Of a stretch of DNA of 64,000 nt, positions 1 to 14,189 are shown in pieces. Numbering within the stretch: the stretch's first letter is position 1; every line of letters starts with the position of its first letter. The notes below the pieces were generated by a model that ran no database searches, was not told the origin of the DNA, and worked only from the letters and a program-made list of their open reading frames with translations. A program made the translations under genes and the position numbers. The stretch is from Amoebidium appalachense. Its lineage: Eukaryota; Protista; Ichthyosporea. The stretch spans positions 8,591,059 to 8,655,058 of the forward strand of contig CAVNZM010000002.1 in the NCBI GenBank assembly GCA_963693365.1, written 5' to 3'.

Positions 1-50
<50 letters not shown>

Positions 51-2205
51 TATTGAACTCGCTACTTGGCGCGTAAAGAATACCCACACTTCTACTAAAT
101 ATGATTTGGGTTTTTGTAGTGACGTCAGTCTGCGTTCACAGCCAATATGGCCATTCCGATGTGCTACCACAAGGGGGAGACTACGAATTTGAGCGAATAT
201 TACGTACGCTGGTTGGTCAATTCATATGGACAAAAGCCCAACATTTCGGATCTCGGCTTCTATGGAAAGCCTAGACGATGCTCGTCAACGTTTCACTGAA
301 GGAAATTTTGCAGTGTCTTTTTATATGAGGTTTTAAAACATTAATATAATAATAAGCGTATTTGTTACCAGGTGTTTCCTATCGAGCATGTATGGGGTTC
401 TGGCTGCTGTAGCAGCTGAATGAATGAGTAAAATGGTGTCAACATGTGCTATTTATCGATCGGGGATTTAAGTTTTGGGTCTGATCCGTCGGCCCCCACC
501 GACATCTATAGTGTGGCTGGGAAAGCACCCCTCCCTGCCTAAACTCTGATCCTCTTGGCCCTCTATATTTCCTTCCCTACAAACCCCCCCTCCTCCATAT
601 TTCATTCCCTCAGATCCCCCCCCCCCTGCCCCCCGAAACCCCCCCCCCCCCTTTTTTTCCCCCCTAGATTTCATCCCCTTGCAATCCCTCTCCGTATCAC
701 CGCCTGCACACGCGCTACCACGTGTTTTCCCTCGTACCTGCTATGAAGTTGAAGTTGGCTTCTAGTGACGTCATAACCTCAGGAATCTAATTGCTTGTGT
801 TTTGCCCCACAGATGTGAGGATTCCGCACCGGCTGGGTGACTGGACGAGACATGACGAAATTCGGTGTGGGTCGGAAGAGCAATTTTATTCAGGTGCATA
901 TCTTGAATCTGAACTGTGCATGAAAAGGATATTGAAAGTATATGTATATAGAGTGGTCTATCGGCATATCGCATTATAGGGAATGTTGTGAAACGAGTTA
1001 GAAAGACGGGAGGTTGGGGGGGGGGGGGGGGGGGGGGGAGGGGGGGGGGGGGTTCAAAGTGTTTTTGAGGTATGCTATACAGTCCCACGGTGTGCATTTT
1101 TTGTTTGACCCGAATGTTGACGTTTGTTTTCTTTCCTAAAAATGAAACCGTCGCGGTTTATTCGTAGCAATTGGTCGCAGGTTTCACCGAAGTAGTTATG
1201 ACGGGAGCCTTTTTTTTTTTTTTTTTTTTTTCGGAAATAAAAATTGTTCGAAGCCTAAAGCCTCCCGAAATGTAATCTCGTTGTATAGATAGCTACCGGA
1301 AGAGTGCACGTGAGCACTGCGTGTGTGTGTGTGTCTGGGAGGAGGGAGGGGGGGGGGGGGGGGGGGGGAGGGGGGGGGAGGGGGGGGGGGCCGCCAAGAA
1401 AAAAGATTTTAGCTAAAAAAGGCAAGCACAAAGGTTTTTTCCATTTCCCACGTCTGGGTGGTTGAGGTGGGGTGCGTGGGGGGAGATGGGTGAGAGAGAG
1501 GGGGAGGGAGGGAGGGAGGGAGGGAGGGAGGGAGGGAGGGAGGGAGGGAGGGAGGGAGGGAGGGAGGCAGGGGGAGAGGGGGAGACACTGCGGATCCCTG
1601 CCAGATCTGATAGTGTTCTTCTCCCTCAAATTTCACACATACATACACTTAAATGCAGATTGCGATATCCGGCGACGGTGACCTGCTGATCGTTTATGTT
1701 TCACCCTTGTGACTAAATATTAAAAACTCTGACGTGATAACTTTCTTGGCATCTGTGCGAGTTGGTGCATTCTCTCAAGGAGGATGGGGGAAGGAAGAGG
1801 AGGGGGTGGGTAGGTGGGTGGGGGTGAAGGGGGGGGGGGGGGGGGGGGAGGGGAGCGAGGGCCCGGGGCGTGGGGGAGGAGGGCACGCTGGGGGGGGGGG
1901 GGGGGGGGGGGGGTTACCCCTCTACATCCCTCCCTCCCCATATATCATTATCAACAATACCTATTATCTAATGAACCTAACGTATTTCACTTTTTTATAA
2001 TAAGGGGTTGTAAGTCAACAACATGAACTTAGGTGTGTCTTGTCTAAGTACACTGCCTTTTTTGTGTCGAACGGAAATGTCGGCGACAGCGTGCCCAGCG
2101 CAGTGCAGCTGCCCGGCGGCGGGCCGGCGCGGTGAGAGCCTGTAAACAAACAAACCGAGATACTTGGTAACGATTGGCCAGCATGCCTCAACAACGATTG
2201 GTAAT

Positions 2206-2352
2206 CAGGGATTGAAATTCACAAAAACAGTTCGGGAATTCTCCAAACTTTTGCCCAGATTCCCAAAGAACCTCCGGGGGATTGCCAAGCGGGGAGGGGA
2301 GGGGGGAGGGAAGGGGGAGGGGGGGGGGAAAGGGGGAGGGGTGGGGGGAACG

Positions 2353-2395
<43 letters not shown>

Positions 2396-2792
2396 GGAAC
2401 GCAGGGGGGGGACTCGAGTGGGTAAAGTGGACTGTGCACGCGGGTGAATATTGGTGAGAGCCCGGGCGTGTATGACTGTGTGCGTGGGGGGCCGGGGCGC
2501 GGCCGCGGGGCGCGAGGGAGAAGCGGGGGGGGGGGGGGGGGGGGGGGGACTCTTTTTGGGAGGGGGAGGCCGGGAGGGGGGGGGGGGGGGGGGTTAAATT
2601 TGCGGGCCGTGAGTGGGTACTACAGTGGGTCACTGGGACGGGGGGCGAAGAGGGGGTATGGGAGGAGGGCCGTGATCGTTTGTTTTTGTGCAAGCCCAGG
2701 ATTTTCCCAAACGCTTTTCCGAAGTTTTTTTGGCAAACCCCAAACAATTTGGACCCTACCCCCAAAGTTTCAAAAACAGAATTCAAACCCTG
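2206..2792. mobile_element. Putative hAT-type MITE (non-autonomous DNA transposon) upstream of secreted-protein copy 1
   Basis: The left end reads CAGGGATTGAAATTC and the right end reverse-complements to CAGGGTTTGAATTC. The 8-bp flanks TTGGTAAT and TTCGCAAT match at 6/8 positions, consistent with a decayed 8-bp TSD. There is no transposase ORF and the interior contains G-runs. Confidence 0.55.
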
Positions 2793-3013
2793 TTCGCAAT
2801 CTATGCAATGATTATCTATGCGATTCACCAATAAAAAGGCGCCTGGATTAGATCCCAAGACTACTTAAACAGCTCCTTCGCCTCTCAAATGCAGTCACTG
2901 CCAGTCAGTCAGCTAGACCCACTGCACCACAACAGCAAGGATCACTCACGAACAAGCGAAGTCCAAAAGGCAGTCACCAGAAGTAGTAACCCAACCACCA
3001 ACCACACATTAAG

Positions 3014-3574
3014 ATGGCCAGCGCACTCTTCATTTCCGCCGCCCTTGCCGCCATTGCCAGCACGGCCACAGGCGCCTCCCTCTCCACCCGCTCCCTCAGT
3101 GTGCCCTTTACTCTGCAGGACCAATACCCCGCCTTCGCCACCAGCTACAGCTGCGACCTAACAAACGCACAGGGCGCAGGTGTGCAGTGCAGTTCCGCCA
3201 CTGCGCAGCTGTTCTCCTCCCCGCTGGACTGTCAGAGCATCACCGGGCAGGCATGCGGCACCAACAACGATGCCGGCTCGTCCTTTGAAAACTGGTGGCA
3301 GGCCGCCCCTGGTGCAGAGCCCGTCACGGGGCCTACGGGCAACTCTCCCACTTTCAGTATTAAGGCATTCCGCAGCACCATGACTGAGCCCATGTGGTGC
3401 GAGTTTTCATGCTCCTTGACACGCCGCGATTCTTCGGCGTGGATGTGTGTGTCGGATATCTGCGGGCAAACGCTCTACTCGACAGAACAGGCATGTGAGG
3501 CCGACAACTGGCAATTCTGTGCCGTCCAGTCGTCTGAGACGTTCATGGACTGGTATGAGGCACACAGCAGCTAA
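3014..3574 (+). CDS. Secreted Cys/Trp-rich protein with two internal repeats, copy 1 (186 aa, intronless)
   Basis: Non-repetitive ORF with a hydrophobic Ala-rich N-terminus resembling a signal peptide and 10 Cys. The two repeats follow SCxLT...C...(F/Y)S(S/T)xxxC...C...SxFxxW(W/Y)xA. Two paralogs lie in the window. Confidence 0.88.
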   Translation: MASALFISAALAAIASTATGASLSTRSLSVPFTLQDQYPAFATSYSCDLTNAQGAGVQCSSATAQLFSSPLDCQSITGQACGTNNDAGSSFENWWQAAPGAEPVTGPTGNSPTFSIKAFRSTMTEPMWCEFSCSLTRRDSSAWMCVSDICGQTLYSTEQACEADNWQFCAVQSSETFMDWYEAHSS

Positions 3575-3962
3575 TCACTTGATTATCTTGAGTAGTTGCT
3601 CAAATATGCTCCTGTGTATTCAACTTGAAAGAGTGATCAGTTGTGTACAAACTATTTATTAAACCTGCCACAGCTGAGATCATTTGTAATACTATATCCG
3701 CAGTTTTGGTAGATTTTTTTTTTTTTAGGCCGGTGTGTGTACACGTGCAATTAACAATTAATTAATAAGACTGATCATTTTAAATTTATGATGACATTTA
3801 AAAATTTATGATGGCGTTTAAATTGTGTAATAAACACCAAGTGGCCACCACCACCCCTCAATTTGTCTCTGCAGCTAAAAATGCTGGCCCCTAGTGAATC
3901 CACTGTCCACCCCTGGTTATCTCCCCTCAAGTTGGAAGGACCGGCAACCTACTCTACCCCCC

Positions 3963-4000
<38 letters not shown>

Positions 4001-4072
4001 ACCCCCCCCCCCCCCCCCTCGATTTTCTCAATGGCTTGCTACTGCGACTCTTCCTCTGTGACAGCCACCAAC

Positions 4073-4113
<41 letters not shown>

Positions 4114-4466
4114 ACCTCCACCCCCCTTTTTTTATTTTTTTTTATTTTATCACGTTTTGTTCCCGGAGGGCCTTTTCAGACCCTCTAGGGAAACTACCGT
4201 CTACCACACAGCACCGACAGTACACTAGTTAAGGTGCTATCTATGAGTTCAGCTAAGCTAAACCATCCTTCACAACCTAACTATAAGTACACACTTTGCC
4301 CAGGGCTACTACCCCAGCCACGCATCTCCACCCCCCAACCCCCACCTGTTTGCTCCCCTCCACCCTCGCCCCACCCAACACATACATGCACACATGCAAG
4401 CGTTCACGCGTATACCGTGCGGCACACACGCACGCACCCACGCACGCACCCACGCATGCACGCTGC

Positions 4467-4516
<50 letters not shown>

Positions 4517-4534
4517 CACGCACACGCACATACA

Positions 4535-4609
<75 letters not shown>

Positions 4610-5030
4610 TAAATAAATAAATAAATAAATAAAAAATAAATAGATAAATAAATAATAAAAATAAACAGGAAAAAAATGCTCCCTTGATATCTTTCCCACT
4701 CATATCATAGGTTTACATAGCTATAGGTGGTTTAAGTTTTATACTTTTAGGTAGGAAAGTGTATACGTACATTCTTATTCTGATGTGCAGTAGGTATACC
4801 ATCCTCCCTGGGGCCCCGGGGCATACGAAGATCCAAGTGGAGAAGGGTAGTAGTAGACTCTGTGGGGTAAACGGGATGATAAAAAAATTGGCCCCAAAGA
4901 TATCCTAAGATACTTTCCCCTCCTCTACCCCCCCCCCCTCCTCCACGTCTCCCCCTTTGAGGGACATGTTTGTGTTGTATTGAGAGTGCGAGTGTATCTG
5001 CACCCTGAGAAGGGTGGGTTTACATCGTAT

Positions 5031-5196
5031 TGTAAACATGGTTGTGTATATTGTCGGACAGACTACGGGAGTCGCGCCCTGTAGTTAGTCGCGCTTACTG
5101 ACCAATCAAGGGGGAGATGTAAACATGGTTGTGTTTATTGTCGGACAGACTACGGGAGTCGCGCCCTGTAGTTAGTCGCGCTTACTGACCAATCAA
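5031..5196. repeat. Direct tandem duplication of a 79-bp unit containing a small hairpin and a CCAAT box
   Basis: tgtaaacatggttgtgt...gactacgggagtcgcgccctgtagttagtcgcgcttactgaccaatcaa occurs at 5031-5109 and at 5118-5196 with one mismatch. Confidence 0.9.
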
Positions 5197-5595
5197 AATG
5201 GTTGGTCGGGAAGTAACGGCGTTGTCCCACAATCGCACGGCGAACTGTCCCCTATAGAAGGCGGCAGTATCAGGGGAACATGCCTGGACTCGAATCGATG
5301 AGTGCCGAGGATAAGATCCCATCTCAAGATTGATCAGATCCCATACTGTAAATGCAATCTGCGCTGCCGCTATGATACACAACCAAGTTTACAGTACACT
5401 GTGGTGTGCTTATGTTTATGAGAGTGAGTGAGTTGGTGGGTGAGAGAGAGTGAGAGAGAGAGAAGGAGAGAGAGCCTTTGGTGGGGGGGGGGGGGGGGAT
5501 GGGGGGGAGTGCAAGGGGGTTTGGGGGGGGGGGGGGGGGGGGGGGGGGCAGAGGGAGGAAGGGAGAGGGGGCGGGGGAGAGAGAATGAGAGAGAG

Positions 5596-5661
<66 letters not shown>

Positions 5662-6100
5662 AAAAGGGCGAATGAGGGGTGTGCGGTAGGTATTGAGGGG
5701 CGGACGGGGGGAGGGGGGGGGGGGGGGGGGGGGGGGGGTCATAATTTGGAGGCAGTCACATTCGTCAAGCATTGTGTGACTGACGGTTTCAGCTGAGAAT
5801 TACAAAGTGAGTGGGTTTATTATGGTCGATTTTGCAGCAGTGAGCACAGACCCAGCTTAAAAATATAAATAGCAGGTGGGTTCATATGGCTTAGGCTAGC
5901 TTCCGGATGTGGACACATGCTTGCTGTTGCAGGGCAAGAAGTTGACAGTACAATTCTTTTTTTTTTAAATTGTCTCGCAAGCCCAATACTATAAGCACGG
6001 ACGGTATATACATTTGCAGGTATGGTAAACTGCTATCCACTATACTCTGTTACAACACTAACTAACTATGGACCTTCCAGCCTGATATTAAAAATGCATA

Positions 6101-6670
6101 TTAAAATGCCTCGTACCAGCCCTCAAACGCCTCAGACGACTGGACCTGCGCACAGGACTTCCAGCTGTCGGACCTGCAACTTTCTACTTTCGAGTAGATT
6201 ACCTTATGGCAGGGTGCATCAGACACGCACTTCCACCCCCAATAATCATCTGTCAGGGAGCACGAAAAGTCGCACCACATGGGGCCATTAATGGTCTTGC
6301 GGAATGCATTGACAGGGAAAGTGGGAAATCTCCGTATAGGGCCCGGGCGTACGGGCGATGCACCGGGGATGGCCTGCCACCAGTTTGCTAAGGTCGAGTC
6401 ATCATCAATGTTATAACCGGCGCATGCCTGCCCGGTGATGCTTTGACACTCCAGTGGGGAGGAGAAAAACTGCGCAGTGCCGGAACTGCACCGCACACCG
6501 TTGCCCCCGGCGTTTGTCAGGTCACAGCTGTAGCTGGTGGCGAAGGTGAGGGATTGGTCGTGCAGAGTGAAGGGCACACTATAAGCCATGGAGCGGGTGG
6601 AGAGGGTTGCCCCTGTGGCCGTGCTGGCAATGGCGGAAAGGGCGGCGGAAATAAAGAGTGCGCTGGCCAT
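6101..6670 (-). CDS. Secreted Cys/Trp-rich two-repeat protein, copy 2 (189 aa, intronless)
   Basis: MASALFISAALSAIASTATG... aligns end to end with copy 1, with all Cys and the key Trp conserved. The start is placed at ATG 6670 by homology. A TATATAAA box lies upstream at about 6801-6808. Confidence 0.88.
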   Translation of the reverse strand: MASALFISAALSAIASTATGATLSTRSMAYSVPFTLHDQSLTFATSYSCDLTNAGGNGVRCSSGTAQFFSSPLECQSITGQACAGYNIDDDSTLANWWQAIPGASPVRPGPIRRFPTFPVNAFRKTINGPMWCDFSCSLTDDYWGWKCVSDAPCHKVIYSKVESCRSDSWKSCAQVQSSEAFEGWYEAF

Positions 6671-6940
6671 TTTGGTAGTGTGGTATTTTGTACTTTGTTT
6701 GATGCTTCGATCGTGTGACTGGCTTTTGAGCGAGTGGTTTTGCTGCTGTGATGTGTTGACTGCGCTTGACTGACTGATCACTGAGCAGCAGATTGACCTG
6801 TTTATATACACTCGGAATTAGATCTGACTTCTTCTGATTGGTTGAAGTGCGTTAGATGACTAGGCTGGCATTAGCCAATCAAAGCGCAGGCATGCTGGCC
6901 AATCATTTCAGAGCAAAAGGGATGACGAATGACGTCAGGC
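6671..6940 (-). promoter_or_regulatory. Promoter of copy 2 with a TATA box, three CCAAT boxes and a CRE-like TGACGTCA
   Basis: TATATAAA on the minus strand at about 6801-6808; ATTGG/CCAAT at about 6837, 6875 and 6899; TGACGTCA at 6930-6937. The block aligns with 8799-9020 upstream of copy 3. Confidence 0.6.
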
Positions 6941-7004
6941 TTGTCAAGAGCTGAAGGAGCTTTCGGCCAGGGCAGAAAAATGGCCAGCACTAAGTGAGAG
7001 ACGC

Positions 7005-8030
<1,026 letters not shown>

Positions 8031-8234
8031 CTCAAAGTAAGCTCTGTGAAATCGTTTGTGCAGTAACTCCATAGGCCAAGCATCGACTGTATGATGAACC
8101 TTTTCACGTAGTGTTGGAGTATTTTTATTTGGCTCCGGAGGGGCACGTACGCCACACGAAACGCGGGACGGCGAGAAATGCTAAAAGCACATTGCAAGAG
8201 ATCATTTAAAAATGTTAAAGTAAACACTAATAAA

Positions 8235-8798
8235 CTAGCTGCTAATCTTATTAAATGCCTCGTACCAGTCCATAAACGCCTCAGACGACTGGACGGCACA
8301 GAACTTCCAGTTGTCAGCCTTGCATGCCTCTCGTGTCGTGTAGAGTGTCTGCTCACAGCCACCCGACACGCACATCCACGCCCAAGAGTCAGCTGTCTAA
8401 GAGCACGAAAACCCACACGTGCCACAGGGGCTCAGCCATGGTGCTGCGGAATGCCTTGATTCGGAAGGTGGAGGAGTTGCCCGTAGGCCCCGTGACGGGC
8501 TCTGGACCAGGGGTGGCCTGCCACCAGTTTTCAAAGGACGAGCCGGCATCGTTGTTGGTGCCGCATGCCTGCCCGGTGATGCTCTGACAGTCTAGCGGGG
8601 AGGAGAACAGCTGCGCGGAACAGCTGGCGGAACTGCACTGCACACCTGCGCCCTGTGCGTTTGTCAGGTCGCAGCTGTAGCTGGTGGCGAAGGCGGGGTA
8701 TTGGTCCTGCAGAGTGAAGGGCACACTGAGGGAGCGGGTGGAGAGGGAGGCGCCTGTGGCCGTGCTGGCAATGGCGGCAAGAAGAGTGCGCTGGCCAT
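8235..8798 (-). pseudogene. Pseudogene copy 3 of the secreted two-repeat protein
   Basis: Colinear with copy 1 from ATG 8798 to TAG 8235. It carries a 13-nt deletion in the signal peptide, a 6-nt in-frame insertion, a 4-nt insertion near 8417-8422, and an in-frame TAG at 8397-8399 replacing Leu. None of these lesions sits in a homopolymer. Confidence 0.85.
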
Positions 8799-9069
8799 TT
8801 TAGGGTGTGGTTGGTTGTACTTTGGTTGATGCTTCGTGTGACTGGCTTAATTTTCAGCGAGTGGTTTTATCACTGAGAAGCAGATTGGCCTGCTATATAC
8901 CGTCGAGACTAGATTTGCCTTCTTCTGATTGGTTTAAGTGCATTAGATGACTAGGCTTCCATTAGCCAATCATAGAGCGGGCATGCTGTCCAATCATTTC
9001 AAAGCAAAATGTGATGACGAAAACAAGCCAGGATGATGAAATTACGTGACGGCGAAAACACGGGCAGCG

Positions 9070-10080
<1,011 letters not shown>

Positions 10081-11030
10081 GTTTTTTTTGAAGAGCCGAA
10101 GGCATCGGGGGGGGGGGGGGGGGGGGAAGGGGGAGGGGGGTTTGGCTGAAGCACACATGAGATATTGAGGATTCTAAAGGGCAACACGTGGATGCATGAG
10201 ATGTGGGAGACAAAAGGAGGCCGGGGGCATGGAAATTGAAACTCTGAAACCCAGGGGGAGGGCGGGGAGTAGCTGCCCATACATGTGAGAACGACAACCA
10301 TCCAACCAAAAAAAACAAATGGAGAAAAAACATGCCTCTGCAACAACGGGTCATTATTGCTTTCGTGTCTGTCCTTAGATATCTGCAGCTCTTATGTGCT
10401 CCATTTTAACCCTTGAGGGGAACTTCAAGCCAAATTACCGAAATTTGGCCATGTCTTACAGATAATCATGCCGAAATGCAATGTTACACATTTTTCACTT
10501 ACTACCACAAACATGTTGCGACACCCAAGAGAAGAACGAAAATGATACAACAATTAATATGGCTTTGTTTTCTAATAAGTAAAGCCCCATTTAAAAATTT
10601 CGTCAACTTTCGCGCCTACCCTATGTATGTATCACACTACCTCCAACGTGGGAATATCCAGAATTTTTCAAAAAATACGTACAAATACACATGCCACTGA
10701 ATCCCCCTAACACATTGCAGGTCAATTGCAAGCCAAGCCCCCTATCAATCCGACGTTATTATAGCTACGTATCCATCCGTATAGTCACATGCTCGTTCAA
10801 CCCCCCCCCTCCCCCCCCCCCCCCCCCTCCCTCTCCCCACCCCCCCTACCCTTTGAAAAACACACCCAAATAAATAGTCGATCCAGCCGTTTTCTCGAAA
10901 GAGAAACAGATCGAAACATACCAACATGATAAAAAAGAGACACGACACCGCTGAAAGCACAACACACCTCAGTCTTAAATCACCTCCCATGATGTAACAA
11001 CGTAGAAGACTTTTTGCGCACTAGCTAAAT

Positions 11031-12064
11031 TCACCATCTGGCCCCATACCCACCCCCATATGCGCCACCACTTCCCCCCATACCCCCCATGCCTCCCATC
11101 TGGTTCTGCTGCTGTATCATCATTGCATACTGCGGATTTACGCCCATCCTCCCTCCATAAACCCCTCCTCCCACACCTCCCATACCTCCCATACCTCCCA
11201 TACCCACACCCATTCCTTGAACCCCCCCACCCATACCCCCCATACCGCCCATTACCCCAGATACAACCGCACCCGTCCCCACCAACTCCATCCCGACCGG
11301 ACCTAGAGCCATACCCAGACCGGGAGGCTGGGATAAACCGGGAGCGCACGCCACCCCCGACCCCGCCCCCACCCCCTACACTATTGCTTCTCACACCCCC
11401 AGCCCCCCCGGCCCCTGCCAACTGATTCAGGGACGGCTTTCTGGGTACTTTCTCCTTCTCATCCTCATCGATAAACGGGTTCTTGTTTTTGGGCTTGGAG
11501 TTTTGCGCAAACGGGTCATCAGATCCCCACCCTCCACTACTTGCTTCCACCCACGCTCCCGCCAACGACCCCTGCACCCCAGCCGCTGCCCTATACAGAG
11601 ACCTTAGCGAATCGGAGAGGTACCCAGGCGCGTCAGCGAAAAGACCCCCGCTCCCACCTGAAATTTCGCGCTCGTTCGTGGGATCTGAGGGGGGTTCCAA
11701 CAGGTCTACGCGATTTTCGTCGCGAGCGAGCACGTAGAACACCTTTTGCGCGCCGGGCGGAGCGACGACAGAATGCCCCACGAGACCGTTAATGTCGTTG
11801 TCCCTGACGACTGCGAGAACGTAATTGTCGCGGAATGCGCCGGCGACCAGATCGTTCACGGTCATTGGGCGGTTGTCACGTGCCTTTGAAATCGCATAGC
11901 TGCGCACGCATTCCGTTGGGTCCTTGATCCCAGGTGCGACCTTTTGTGCCTCGGGAAGGAATGAGTTGCGGAGGTCTGGGTTGACGGATGCATTCTCGTA
12001 GACGTACTTGAAGAGTGCCTTGCGCTCGAGTGTCACGTCGGGTTTCTTGGGTTTTTTTTTTTTT

Positions 12065-12105
<41 letters not shown>

Positions 12106-12598
12106 GGGGGGGGGGGGTATAAAAGGGCGGGTGGAGGAAAAGGGAGCGGGGGGGGGGGGGGGGGGAGGGGGGGAGGGGGAGGGGGAGCAGGGGGGGGGGG
12201 GGGGGGGAGGTGGCAAGGTTAGGGTACTTAACCAATGAATCAACGAACACATCGAAAGTAACGGCTTCTTGGCTACATATCGGAAAGAAATGTGACATGA
12301 TATCGAAAGGATATCGGTACATGTCTATTCGGAAACCAAGGCCCTTCAGAACCTGCTATTTTTGATATTTTACTTAGGTGTGTGTGTGCGTGCGTGTGTT
12401 ATGTCTAAGACCGTGTATGCAGGCGTGTGTGAGTGCTGACGTGCATGTGTGTGGAGACTCGGTAGAGACACACGTGTCTCTCACTTTATGCCTATGGGTC
12501 GTGTCTGGGTATATAACACACAAAATCTGTGTTTGTGTGTGTGTGCGTGAGCGTGTGCGTGTCTCTGCCGGTTTTGCAACGCACACACAACAGCTGCA

Positions 12599-12658
<60 letters not shown>

Positions 12659-14158
12659 CGCGTGGATGTCTGTGTGTGGGGTGAGAAAGGGTGTGTGTGT
12701 GTGGGGGGGGGAATGGAAGACCGTTTCCCATACCTGCTGCACATAAGCCCAATCGATCCCCCCATAAGTCAAGAACCCTTTTGCCAGCTGGGCCATGCAC
12801 ACAGAGGCCACGGCACAGTCCCCCGCATAGGACAGGGCGTACATGTTTGCAAACCCGTTGCGCAAAACCGCCCTCTTCTTCGTGTCAACGGCAAGACACT
12901 GCTCCAATTCAGAGAGTTCGCCTACGCGCGAGAGCATCGACTCGAAACCCTGAGATAGGTAGGGGAGGAGGAGGGAGGGGGGGGGGGGGGAGGGGGGTGT
13001 GTGTGTGTGCGAGTGAGTTAGTGTGGGTATGTGTGGATGGGTAGATGCGAAGGGAAGTGAGGGGAAGAGGCGCCCGGGGGGGGGGGAAGGGGGGGGGGGG
13101 GGGGGGAGGGGGGAGAAGGGAGGGGAAGAGGCGTGGGGCGGGGCGGGGGGGGGGGGGGGGGGGGGAGGAGGGGGTGGGAGGGGGGGAGGGAGGAGGGGGT
13201 TTGGGATGAGGGGGGAGGGGAGCTGGGAAGGAGGATGCGGGGAGGTAGGGTGGGTGAGGGGAGGTAAGGTGGGTGGGCGGGGGAGGAGGAGGGAGGGGGG
13301 GGGGGGGGGGGGGGGGGGGTGGATGTGTATGTGCATGTGTGGAAAGGTGGTTGTGTGTGTATGTGTGTCGTGTGTGCGTGTGTGTGTGCGTGTGTGTCCC
13401 GCCGTGTGTTTGTTGGCTGGGTGGAGGGAAGGAAGAAGAAAAGTGGGAGCGGGGGGTTGGTTGGGGGAGCAGGAGAGGATGGATAAGGGAGGGTGAGCAC
13501 AGGGATTGGGCATGTGCGTGGGTGAGAGGGGTGCGGATAGGGGTAGGGAAGGAAAGGGGGTGGGGTGGGGATGGGGGTCGGGTTAGGGGGGAGGGGAGGA
13601 GGGGGGCAATGTGTGTACGCATGTGGTGGTTGGTTTTTGTGTCCATGTCGATAAAAAGTTTTCATGCATGTATGTGCCTATTTGTGTGTGTGTGGAGGTT
13701 TGGTCCAAAACTCATACACCAATCTGTGATTTAGCCACCCATGAAGACGCGTGGGGAGGAAGCAAGTAGGGTGAATGGAACACAGGGAATAAAAGGTAGG
13801 TTCGTGCAAAAGAAAGAGCCGTGTTAGGAGAGTATTATTGGATAACAGTGTGTGCGTGTGTTTGTGTGGGCGGGATGGAAAGAGAGGGAGGGGGTGGAGG
13901 GAGGGGAGGGGAGGGGGGAGGGTGGGTGGGTGGAAGGAGTGGGTTATGCAGAGGGAGGAGGAGGGAGGCAGGAAAAGGATATTCCCTAAATTCCCAGCTC
14001 CCGGCTAGTGCCTAGGGCATGCATACAGACAGGAAGAAGCACCATGACTTTGTTCAATCTGCTTTGTTCGGTAACCGTTGTATGTGGATGCATAAATCCA
14101 GGAAAAGGAAGAGAGAGTACTTAAGATTTTGGAGCCGCAACCGTCAAGGTGTGAGTGT

Positions 14159-14189
<31 letters not shown>

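Noticed and set aside
6671-6811. 47-aa N-terminal extension of copy 2 in the ORF track
   Set aside because: It starts at a GTG overlapping the TATA box, and the paralogs start at MASALF.
10170-10740. TTAA-CCC start and weak inverted ends suggesting piggyBac/Kolobok MITEs
   Set aside because: The matching ends are too degenerate to support a call.
12310-12330. DMYR resembling the OTULIN PUB-interacting motif
   Set aside because: It lies inside the predicted folded domain and lacks the acidic context; a four-residue match is probably chance.
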